Of a stretch of 22,194 bases of DNA, positions 8,392 to 16,101 are shown piece by piece. The notes beneath the pieces are model-generated. The model was not told where the DNA came from. It saw only the letters and a list, made by a program, of their open reading frames with translations, and did no database searches. Position 1 is the stretch's first letter; every line of letters begins with the position of its first letter. A program made the translations under genes and the position numbers. The DNA is taken from assembly GCA_965662845.1 (NCBI GenBank), contig CBFIJD010000036.1:7933-30126 (forward strand). Direction: 5' to 3'. Source of the DNA: an uncultured bacterium. GTDB taxonomy: Bacteria > SAR324 > NAC60-12.

Positions 8392-9564
8392 ATGAAAGCC
8401 CTTGCTCGCCCCGTTCTTGTCGCGTTCTCCCTCGCTCTGTTAGGTGGCTGCGCCACGCTGGAGCGGATTGACGCTGCCAACGGAGGAAGAGACTCCGAGC
8501 CCGAAGACGTCGTCACGACCGAAGCGGAGCGTCCGCCAGAACCGGAGCCGGAGCCCGCCGCTCCGCTGCCCGCCTCGGTCACACGTGCCGAACCCGGAGA
8601 AGCCCCGCGCGCGCTGAGCCCCCCGCCGGCCACGGCCTCCGCGCCGTCGCTGGAGACCGAAAACGAGCAGCTGCGGCAGCAGGTCATTCTGTTGCAGGAG
8701 CAACTGCAACAACAGCAGACCCGCCTAGAGCAGCTCCAGCGTCAGTGGACTACAAACTTCTCGCTGATGGAGCAAGGAGTCGCAGAGTCCTTGCGCGAGA
8801 ACCAACAGCTGATCGCTGAGCTGCAGCAGAACGTCCAGCAACAGGCTCTCACCCAAGCCGAGCCGTCGGCTCCTGCGCCTACTAACGCACGTCAGGCGCC
8901 TACTCCGCCTCCTGCGCCCAAGATCTCCGCCGCTCCGCCGGCCCCGCCCCCACGAGCCACTCCTCCGCAGGAGCTTCCCCTCGTTGAGGAGGTCTCGCTG
9001 GCCAACCTTCGCCAAGGCCAAACCTCCCCAGCGCCCCCACCGCCTACGACTGCCTCGACTCAGCGGACGGAGCCGCCCCCCGTCGTCCGCGAACCCGAAC
9101 CTGAGGCATCGTTCACAGACCCAGACTTGGAAGAACCCGAAAATCCTCTTGTGCTGGTGCGTCAACCCGGCGTGAAGAACTTGTATAACCAAGGCATGGC
9201 CGCCTTCATTCAAGGAAGCTATGACGACGCAGTGAACCTCTTTGAGCAGCTGGTCACGGAGCACGAACAAGACCCTGACAGCGACAACGCTTGGTATTGG
9301 ATTGGCTACGCGAAGTTTCGCCAAGAAAAATGGGATGAAGCCGAGACCGCCTTCCGGCAAGTGCTGCGACAATACGAACATCGCCCCACCTCGCAAGGGT
9401 TCAAAACGCCAGACGCCATCTACATGCTAGGACAAATCGCTGAAGCTGACGGGCAAACCAGCCGCGCGCGCTACTACTATGAAGCTGTCGCCGAGCGCTT
9501 TCCGGGCTCTGCCGCCGCGAACAACGCCAACGAAGAGTTGTCGCGGTTGCTCGGAGAAGGCTGA
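8392..9564 (+). CDS. cpoB: CpoB/YbgF-like TPR lipoprotein with coiled coil and long Pro-rich linker
   Basis: Lipobox LLGGC and Gln-rich coiled coil. C-terminal TPR triplet LYNQGMAAF..Y..AV..F, DNAWYWIG, KTPDAIYMLG, ERFPGSAAA. Confidence 0.72.
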   Translation: MKALARPVLVAFSLALLGGCATLERIDAANGGRDSEPEDVVTTEAERPPEPEPEPAAPLPASVTRAEPGEAPRALSPPPATASAPSLETENEQLRQQVILLQEQLQQQQTRLEQLQRQWTTNFSLMEQGVAESLRENQQLIAELQQNVQQQALTQAEPSAPAPTNARQAPTPPPAPKISAAPPAPPPRATPPQELPLVEEVSLANLRQGQTSPAPPPPTTASTQRTEPPPVVREPEPEASFTDPDLEEPENPLVLVRQPGVKNLYNQGMAAFIQGSYDDAVNLFEQLVTEHEQDPDSDNAWYWIGYAKFRQEKWDEAETAFRQVLRQYEHRPTSQGFKTPDAIYMLGQIAEADGQTSRARYYYEAVAERFPGSAAANNANEELSRLLGEG

Positions 9565-9572
9565 GGTCTTTC

Positions 9573-9608
9573 AGGCGCAAGTCGTCTCTACTAACAGAGA
9601 CTTCGCCT
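9573..9608. terminator. Imperfect hairpin between convergent cpoB and dacA
   Basis: AGGCG(9573)/CGCCT(9604) outer stem and GTCTCT(9584)/AGAGAC(9596) inner stem; no clear U-tract. Confidence 0.3.
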
Positions 9609-9680
9609 CGGGGAGGGAGAGGATCGCAAAGCGGAGGGGGGCTCACACATGCAGAGCACATGCGAGCTTGCATCGGAGGA

Positions 9681-10919
9681 TCAATCGAGGACGCCGCCTA
9701 ACTCTTGAATAGACTCTGCGACCGAGCCGAAGAACGACTGCTGTTCCACGGCTTTTGCTGCGACCAACGGCACTTGACGCAGAGTTTTGCCGTCAAAGCG
9801 CAGCTCTAGCGTACCAAGCATGTGACCCTGCTTGACCGGAGCCGAGACTTTTTCGGGCAGCACGATGTTCACCTGAACTTGGTCAACTTCGTTGGGTCTC
9901 ACCAGCAGACTCGCTGCCACTTGAGGCACCACCGACACTTCTTTTTCGGCGCCATCGTCCACGCGCACCTTACGTGACAGCGGCTCGTTGGCCGCCGCGA
10001 ACACTTTGCTCTCATACTCAAAAAAGCCTTTGTTCATCAGGTGAGACGTGATGCGGCTGCGCCACTTGACGTTCGGAGAGCCAATCACCACGCTCACCAG
10101 GCGCACGTCGTCGCGCTTGGCCGTGGAGATCAAGTTGAAGCCCGCCTTGTAATAATATCCCGTCTTCATGCCATCCATGCCCTCATAAGCGCGCATCAAG
10201 CGTCGGTTCGTGTTCACGAGCTGAAACTCCCCATTGCGAAACGAGTCCAGCTCAATCGAAGACCACTCCAGATAGCGCGGGTGGTTGCGCAGCACGTGCA
10301 TCGCCAGCAAATAGAGGTCGTAGGCCGTGGTGATGTCGTGCTTTTGTCCTCGGCTCGGCGGCAACCCATGCACAGACTGGAACCTCGTGTCTTTCATGCC
10401 CAGCTCGCGGGCTTTGTCGTTCATCATTTTGACGAAGTTCTCTTGAGAGCCGGCGATGTGCTCGGCAATCGCGGCGGTCGCGTCGTTGGCCGAGCGCACA
10501 ATCATCGCTTTCATCATCTCCCGCAGCGGAAACACTTCTCCTTCTGCCAAATACACCTGCGTGCCCCCGATCTTGCTCGAACGTCGCGAGGTCTTCACGC
10601 GGCTATCCAGAGACGTTTTGCCCTCTTCGATGGCCTCGAGCGTGAGCAACGTCGACATCAGCTTGACGAGGGACGCAGGATAGATTTTGCGATGCTCTCG
10701 GTTGGCATACAGAATCCGACCGGTCTCGGCGTCGGCCAACAGCGCCGCTTTGTGGTGAGGGGCATACTTGCGCATCGTGGCGTCGGCCCAAACCAGCGAC
10801 GGCAGCAGCAGCGCGATAAGCAGCGACACAGCCACCCGCAGCGTGGTGATTGGGACGAGAGAAGAGCCACTGCGCGTGGTGTTTCGATCTTGTGGACTGA
10901 GACCTATTCTTGTGACCAT
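9681..10919 (-). CDS. dacA: D-alanyl-D-alanine carboxypeptidase (peptidase S11, PBP5/6 family)
   Basis: SxxK (PASLVK), SxN (RSANDA), KTG (GMKTGYY), HGL motif, C-terminal PBP5_C domain, signal peptide. ATG 10919 has a GGAG RBS and overlaps the hemF end. Confidence 0.92.
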   Translation of the reverse strand: MVTRIGLSPQDRNTTRSGSSLVPITTLRVAVSLLIALLLPSLVWADATMRKYAPHHKAALLADAETGRILYANREHRKIYPASLVKLMSTLLTLEAIEEGKTSLDSRVKTSRRSSKIGGTQVYLAEGEVFPLREMMKAMIVRSANDATAAIAEHIAGSQENFVKMMNDKARELGMKDTRFQSVHGLPPSRGQKHDITTAYDLYLLAMHVLRNHPRYLEWSSIELDSFRNGEFQLVNTNRRLMRAYEGMDGMKTGYYYKAGFNLISTAKRDDVRLVSVVIGSPNVKWRSRITSHLMNKGFFEYESKVFAAANEPLSRKVRVDDGAEKEVSVVPQVAASLLVRPNEVDQVQVNIVLPEKVSAPVKQGHMLGTLELRFDGKTLRQVPLVAAKAVEQQSFFGSVAESIQELGGVLD

Positions 10920-11809
10920 CCATTGCTCCAATCATAGGGTTGATAAAACGACTGCATCTGCGCATGAACGGAGTCCGGCTCAGGATGCCAGTCATAATGA
11001 AAATGAACTTCAGGAGGGAGCGACATGAAGATGGATTCAATCCGCCCACCAGAGCGCAATCCAAACAGCGTCCCTCGATCATAAATCAGGTTGAACTCCA
11101 CATAGCGCCCCCGTCGCACCCGCTGAAATGCCAAGTCTTCTTCCGACCACGCCTCAAAGCGTCGCCGGGCAACAATCGGCTCATACGCAGGCAGGAACGC
11201 GTCCCCAACGGCTTGCACCAGCTCCCAATGCGGCGGCTCTTTCCCGTCTAAGTGATCGAAAAAGACGCCACCAATGCCGCGCATCTCGTGACGATGCCGC
11301 AGCGTGAAGTAGCGGTCGCATTCAGCCTTGAAGCCAGGATAGGAGCTGGGCATTGCGCGCTCACAAGCGTCATGCAGCGTGCGATGAAACTCAGAGAAGT
11401 CGAGGGGGTGGGGGAAGTAAGGCGTGAGGTCAATGCCGCCGCCAAACCACGAGGGGCCGGCTTCGGTCTCAAAATAGCGCACGTTCATGTGCACCGTCGG
11501 GACCCGCGGCGAGCGCGGATGAATCACCAACGAGAGCCCGCAAGCGGCAAACGGGCGAGGCTCCGTCTGAAGCTGCTGGGCAAGTTCAGGCGACATTTCG
11601 CCGAACACCGTGGAGATGTTGACGCCGCCTTTGTCAAAGGTCTCCCCGTTGGCGAGGACGCGGGTGTGTCCGCCGCCGCCGGCTTCACGCTCCCATCGAT
11701 CTTCGCGAAAGCGGGCCTGCGACTCAAAGGCTTCTAGCCCAGCACAGATGCGATTTTGTAAATCACGGATGTAGGACTCCATGTCCCGAAAGGTCGAGGA
11801 AAATTCCAT
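10904..11809 (-). CDS. hemF: Oxygen-dependent coproporphyrinogen III oxidase
   Basis: GGGGHTRVL, FDKGGVNIS, LVIHPRSPRVPTVHMNVRYF, WFGGGIDLTP, RGIGGVFFD, RRGRYVEFNLIYDRGTLFGL. ATG 11809 has a GGAG RBS. Confidence 0.97.
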   Translation of the reverse strand: MEFSSTFRDMESYIRDLQNRICAGLEAFESQARFREDRWEREAGGGGHTRVLANGETFDKGGVNISTVFGEMSPELAQQLQTEPRPFAACGLSLVIHPRSPRVPTVHMNVRYFETEAGPSWFGGGIDLTPYFPHPLDFSEFHRTLHDACERAMPSSYPGFKAECDRYFTLRHRHEMRGIGGVFFDHLDGKEPPHWELVQAVGDAFLPAYEPIVARRRFEAWSEEDLAFQRVRRGRYVEFNLIYDRGTLFGLRSGGRIESIFMSLPPEVHFHYDWHPEPDSVHAQMQSFYQPYDWSNGWSQE

Positions 11810-11898
11810 GCGCAACTCCATGTAGACGTTGGTGAGCACCCGCTGCAGGGAGAATGCCACTGACTAGGGAGATGCTCCGAAATCAAGGGAGCGCGCGC

Positions 11899-13452
11899 TT
11901 ACACCGTCACCGGCAACCGCAGAGTGAAGGTGGTGCCGACCCCTTCTTCGCTGGCAACATGAATCGTGCCGTTGTGCTCTTCTATGAGCCGCCGCACGAT
12001 AGACATGCCCAAGCCGGTGCCTTTGCCGCGCTCTTTGGTAGTGAAGAAGCTCTCAAACAACCGGTCGCGCACTTCGGCGGGCATGCCACAGCCCGTATCC
12101 GTCACGCTCAGCACGATTGTGGTGTCTGCATGCTCGGCGCGGATGGTGATGCGTTTCTCCTCACGCTTTGCCAGCGCGTCGCGCGCGTTGTTCAGCAGGT
12201 TGATGAAGACTTGCTCCAGCTGATTTTGGTTGCCCAGCACGTTGGGCAAGCCATCGGGGACCTCAATGCTCAAGCGGATGCCCTGTTGTTCCAGAGCGTG
12301 CTGCGAGAGCATCAACACGCCTTGGAGCACTTGGGAGATGGAGCAGGGTTTGCGCTCGGCTTGCTGCTCGTTGCGGGCAAAGTTCTGCACCTGTTGAATC
12401 AGCGACGTCACCTTCTCATTGATCACTAACAAATCGTCGAGCTTGCGAGGGATCGGCCCGGTGTCTTGGTCAGGGTGCATCTCTAGGTACTGCTGCATCA
12501 TCTGCGTCTTCAGGCTCATGGCCGCCAGCGGAGACTTGAGCTCATGCGCGATGCTCGCGGCGACTTCGCCTAAAGAAGCCAACTTGGCCGATTGGGCAGC
12601 GATGTCTTCAGCTTGCTGCTGGCGGGCCTCGGCTTGTTGCAGTTGATGGCGCAAACGATCGGAAATGTGGTGATAAGAGGTCACGTTAAGCATGCTGCCG
12701 AGCAGCGCCTTCTCTTCGGGCACATAGTCCAGGCTAAGCTCTTGCCAGCTCAGGTTCTCCCCGCGCATCCGAAAAACCATCGAGCCCCCGCAGCGCTCCT
12801 TCACGCAGCGCTCCAGCAGGCGATACAGCTCGGCATAGTCCTCTTCGTTTAGCAGCTGCTGCATTTGGCGCAAAAAACCAAGCAAGGAGACCTGCGTCGT
12901 CGGCTGCTCTGGATTCTCCAAAGCGGGCTGGATCTCCAGAATTTTGGTGCGCACACACAACCGAATCGCGGTCAGGCCGGCGCGCTGAATGCTGTGGCGG
13001 AACCAGCGCAGCTGAGCGTGGAGCTGTTGCTGTTGCTCTTCTAAGAGACGCTTGGCGTGGTAGTTCTCCAGCTGAATGCGCACCCGCTTGCGGGTCTCGT
13101 CTTCGCGCAGAGGCTTGGTGATGTAGTCAAACGCGCCAGCGTCGAGCCCTTCAACCACCGAGGGCTGGTCGCCCAGAGCGCTCTGAAAGATGGCCGGGAC
13201 GTCACGCATGTGCGGCATTTTGCGAATCTGACGCAACAGATGAAAGCCGTTCATCTGCGGCAGCATCACGTCTAGCAAGAACAAATCGGGTTGCACCCGC
13301 TCCAAGAGGCGCAAGGCATGGAGAGGCTCCTGCGAAAGCTCAAGCTCGTAGCCCTCCGGCTCCAAGATTTGCGTGAGAACATCCAAATTGTCGGTGTCAT
13401 CTTCCACAATCAAAATCGTGCTTTTGGCAACGGAGAACATGTGCTGACTCAT
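11899..13452 (-). CDS. Hybrid N-terminal receiver / histidine kinase (NtrB-like), soluble
   Basis: Intact receiver (VEDD, LLDVMLP, FQSA, YITKP), degenerate PAS-like middle, H-box SIAHELKSPL, N-box QVFINLLNNARDA, DTGCGM, FFTTK, GTGLGMS. Start set at ATG 13452 (MSQHMFSV). Confidence 0.93.
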   Translation of the reverse strand: MSQHMFSVAKSTILIVEDDTDNLDVLTQILEPEGYELELSQEPLHALRLLERVQPDLFLLDVMLPQMNGFHLLRQIRKMPHMRDVPAIFQSALGDQPSVVEGLDAGAFDYITKPLREDETRKRVRIQLENYHAKRLLEEQQQQLHAQLRWFRHSIQRAGLTAIRLCVRTKILEIQPALENPEQPTTQVSLLGFLRQMQQLLNEEDYAELYRLLERCVKERCGGSMVFRMRGENLSWQELSLDYVPEEKALLGSMLNVTSYHHISDRLRHQLQQAEARQQQAEDIAAQSAKLASLGEVAASIAHELKSPLAAMSLKTQMMQQYLEMHPDQDTGPIPRKLDDLLVINEKVTSLIQQVQNFARNEQQAERKPCSISQVLQGVLMLSQHALEQQGIRLSIEVPDGLPNVLGNQNQLEQVFINLLNNARDALAKREEKRITIRAEHADTTIVLSVTDTGCGMPAEVRDRLFESFFTTKERGKGTGLGMSIVRRLIEEHNGTIHVASEEGVGTTFTLRLPVTV

Positions 13453-13534
13453 AAAAAGGTTGCCGATCTCTGCTCGTGATTTGCCTTTCCCGTCTTTCTC
13501 TTCCTCGTCTCTCTCCAGCGCCGCCGAGTGTCTG

Positions 13535-13560
13535 CAAGCCACCCAATTCCATGATAGAGC
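13535..13560 (+). repeat. Left copy of 26-bp direct repeat flanking the RM cassette
   Basis: CAAGCCACCCAATTCCATGATAGAGC, identical to 15955-15980; imperfect extension TCTTCCGGGC vs GTTTCCAGGC. Confidence 0.95.
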
Positions 13561-13605
13561 TCTTCCGGGCGAATCTGGAGACAAAGCGCTGTTCTGTTTG
13601 TTGAT

Positions 13606-15120
13606 TTACCGCTCCAAATGCCCAGTTGAGCAGTTGTTTTGATGTTCAAATATTCCCGTAGAGACAATGGATTTGATCAGAATGTCAATCACGGGGACGG
13701 AGACGCTATTGCCAATTAGTTTCATCCACTTAGCTCTGAGAGCGGGGAGTTTAAACTCTTTTGGAAATCCCTGTATCAGACAAGCCTCTTCTTTGGTTAT
13801 TTTTCTATAAAGCTTTGGAAAGTATACCTCTCTCAAAAACTGTTTTTTGTAGTTTTCATGATCCGTAGGTTTGAGACTTTTTAATGATATGTAGTCATTG
13901 GTATCGCTCGCGACGAGGGTAGAGAAAACATCTGAAGTCGGCATAAAGATTCTGTTCACACCATCTATGCCACTACTAATTTTCGTGTTCTTGAAGTCAA
14001 ATCGTTCTTCAGTACACTCAATAGCACCTTTTTCTAAAAGCGAGTTTAGGGTATCAAGAACTGAGATCTTCTTTACTTTTAAGGGTTTTTCATTTTTTAA
14101 ATCATCTAACACTAGATGATCACGGTGAGATAGATTCAGAACCGCAATTTCATTCTCTGACAAATCACTTTTCTCAAAGTCTAACACTTTGAAACGGTAA
14201 TTTATTTTTTTAAGAATGGATAAGTCTACCAACTCATTAAGTTCTTTCTCTGTGATAGTTGAATCAAGCAATTGGAATTGTTTCAATGACAAAGGGTTTC
14301 CATCTAAAGGCCCAAATTGGCTTTTTCTTCTATTCTTCAATAAGAGTAAGCAGATGTTCTTCTGTCGTTGTGTGCTTTTAGCTATGTCCCAAGAATGAAT
14401 AGTTGTATGCCCGTTTCTTAGGTCATTGAAAAGGAAATAGTCATTGAATCCATTTGTGCAAGAAAGGCTTATTTTTCTTTCGTATATTGCATTTCCAAAT
14501 AAGTCTCTTTGCATAGGTTGGGTTTTTTTATCCTGGAGTTCTATCCCAAGAATGTCTGCGAGCGTCGCTCTCTTCTCGATCTGCTTTGGTAATGAAAAAC
14601 GATCAAGATAATTTTTTTCGAGAAAACCAACTATATAAACTCTCACTCTACTTTGGGCTACGCCATAATCATGAGAGTTTATTACATAGAAATCTGCGTA
14701 ATACCCTGCTTCTTTAATTCTATCAAGAATGTAATTTAGAGCTTTTCTGTTTCTTGGATCAACCAGTCCCTTCACATTTTCAAAGATAAATGCTTTGGGT
14801 TTAGATTTATTTAATAAAAAAATTGTATCATTCCAAAGCTGCCCTCTGTCATCGTCAAAACCAAGGTTCTTGCCTGCAATAGACCAACTTTGGCAGGGAA
14901 CTCCTGCAGTTAAAACATCGTGTTGAGGAAGTTCCTCAATCTGGGTAATATCTCCAAAGTTCGCATCAGGATTGAAATTGTAGTTTTCACAGTAAGCGTT
15001 TATCGCATCTCTGTCGATCTCACTAAATCCAAGGCAAACGCCGCCATTAGCACTAAGAGCTAGTTTGAATCCACCAATCCCTGAAAATAAATCTATAAAT
15101 GTGAATTTACTCTTACTCAT
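13606..15120 (-). CDS. DNA (cytosine-5)-methyltransferase, HgiBI/HgiCII/HgiEI-like (GGWCC/GGNCC predicted)
   Basis: Motif I FIDLFSGIGGF, IV GVPCQSWS, VI FENVKGL, VIII QSRVRVYIVG, IX RKITKEEACLIQGFP, X LIGNSVSVPVI. Variable region (QRDLFG, FNDYFLFNDLRNG.T.IHSW, DGNP, GIDG..RIFMP) resembles the recalled Hgi GGWCC methylases. Confidence 0.95.
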   Translation of the reverse strand: MSKSKFTFIDLFSGIGGFKLALSANGGVCLGFSEIDRDAINAYCENYNFNPDANFGDITQIEELPQHDVLTAGVPCQSWSIAGKNLGFDDDRGQLWNDTIFLLNKSKPKAFIFENVKGLVDPRNRKALNYILDRIKEAGYYADFYVINSHDYGVAQSRVRVYIVGFLEKNYLDRFSLPKQIEKRATLADILGIELQDKKTQPMQRDLFGNAIYERKISLSCTNGFNDYFLFNDLRNGHTTIHSWDIAKSTQRQKNICLLLLKNRRKSQFGPLDGNPLSLKQFQLLDSTITEKELNELVDLSILKKINYRFKVLDFEKSDLSENEIAVLNLSHRDHLVLDDLKNEKPLKVKKISVLDTLNSLLEKGAIECTEERFDFKNTKISSGIDGVNRIFMPTSDVFSTLVASDTNDYISLKSLKPTDHENYKKQFLREVYFPKLYRKITKEEACLIQGFPKEFKLPALRAKWMKLIGNSVSVPVIDILIKSIVSTGIFEHQNNCSTGHLER

Positions 15121-15126
15121 GGTTTG

Positions 15127-15951
15127 TTAAAGTACTGATTTGTCAAAACCTTCTGGAGGCTCAATCCCTAAAAACTCAAGGTATATTCTTTCCCGATATT
15201 TTTTTCCCAAAGAGTTAATTTCAGAGATAAATTTTTCGTAAGTTCCTTCTCCACCAATGAAATCCCAAAACTCATTTCCGATTAGAACTGATTTGTCATG
15301 GTGCATATCAAACCACCTCATGGGGAAGTTCCAGTTGTAGTCTTCTCTTTTTCCGTATGGATTATAGGCTAAGGCGTAAAATGCGTGATCAACCTTGGCT
15401 GGAGTCATTGCCAAGAGCTTGAACATTTTTTCTTTGCTGACTTTGGTTTGATCACTATTAGGCAAAGGTGCTTTTATTTCAAAAGCATACCGGAGTTTAG
15501 TCGTTTTGCTCTCGATAAATACATCACAAACAACACTCGTTGGGATCGGTTTCCCGCCGCCTTTCAAAATGTATTTGAGTTCGTTTTCCCAATTCGGATT
15601 TGCCTTTTTTTCTCCATTGTTCTTGTGTTCCAGCTTGTTGAGTATTTCTTGGATTCTTCTCAGCCTCTCCTTTCCAACTTCTCCGGTGACGGTCTTGCTT
15701 ATTTCACAATGTCCATGGTGCTCCTCCGCTACAACTTGTGCCAATTTTTCCCACACTCCTCCAAAAGGAGTTACGAACCTTCTTTCAAAATGAGAACCTT
15801 TGAAAATTTCATCAGGTACTAAAGCAGCATAAAGAGGTCTGCTTGAGTAATGTTGTTCTTTTATAAATGGATCAGTGAAAAGGACTCTGTCCATAACTTT
15901 ATCCATAAGTTCTGAGACTACTTTGCTGATTTTTTTGTTTACATTTTCCAT
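15127..15951 (-). CDS. Type II restriction endonuclease, RE_TdeIII/HgiCII-like family (PD-(D/E)xK)
   Basis: FERRFVTPFG..WEKLA, catalytic CDVFI...FEIKAPLPN, YALAYNPYG, LIGNEFWDFIG; 6 bp upstream of the C5 MTase. ATG 15951 lies just inside the right repeat boundary. Confidence 0.88.
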   Translation of the reverse strand: MENVNKKISKVVSELMDKVMDRVLFTDPFIKEQHYSSRPLYAALVPDEIFKGSHFERRFVTPFGGVWEKLAQVVAEEHHGHCEISKTVTGEVGKERLRRIQEILNKLEHKNNGEKKANPNWENELKYILKGGGKPIPTSVVCDVFIESKTTKLRYAFEIKAPLPNSDQTKVSKEKMFKLLAMTPAKVDHAFYALAYNPYGKREDYNWNFPMRWFDMHHDKSVLIGNEFWDFIGGEGTYEKFISEINSLGKKYRERIYLEFLGIEPPEGFDKSVL

Positions 15952-15954
15952 TTT

Positions 15955-15980
15955 CAAGCCACCCAATTCCATGATAGAGC
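15955..15980 (+). repeat. Right copy of 26-bp direct repeat flanking the RM cassette
   Basis: CAAGCCACCCAATTCCATGATAGAGC, 2420 bp from the left copy; ends 3 nt before the endonuclease ATG on the minus strand. Confidence 0.95.
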
Positions 15981-15998
15981 GTTTCCAGGCAGAGGCAA
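15971..15998 (-). promoter_or_regulatory. Putative sigma70 promoter overlapping the right repeat
   Basis: Minus strand TTGCCT (15998-15993) -16 nt- TATCAT (15976-15971). The -10 lies inside the repeat and the -35 in the GC-rich flank. Confidence 0.4.
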
Positions 15999-16101
15999 CC
16001 AACGCCGCCACAATCCGACCAAAGGAGAGGGACGTCTACTCGCGGAAACCGCGCAACCACTGTAGACGACGTGTGCCGCTCCTCCTCGGCTCTCGGTCGT
16101 C

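Larger units (their letters stand above)
13535..15980. mobile_element. AT-rich type II restriction-modification cassette inserted with a long target duplication
   Basis: Sharp drop in GC (two sampled 60-nt lines: 27% and 45%, vs 57% in a sampled flank line), bounded by the 26-bp direct repeat; contains only R and M genes. Confidence 0.85.

Noticed and set aside
8725..9396. 223-aa Arg/Gly-rich minus-strand ORF
   Set aside because: Mirror of the Pro-rich linker of the cpoB-like gene.
10041..10937. 298-aa plus-strand ORF
   Set aside because: Antisense shadow of the well-supported dacA gene; no recognisable motifs; typical of GC-rich DNA.
13453..13584. ORF-track N-terminal extension of the receiver-kinase
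   Set aside because: It runs through the left repeat into cassette DNA and is low-complexity; the receiver begins just after ATG 13452.
13535..15980. 26-bp repeats as a CRISPR array, integron attC, dif site or tRNA-end att site
   Set aside because: Only two copies, 2.4 kb apart; no cas genes, no GTTRRRY/RYYYAAC palindrome, no XerC/D-like arms, no tRNA structure.
15952..16011. ORF-track N-terminal extension of the endonuclease
   Set aside because: It is encoded by the repeat and the GC-rich flank. ATG 15951 marks the start of AT-rich coding sequence, although the in-frame ATG inside the repeat cannot be fully excluded.
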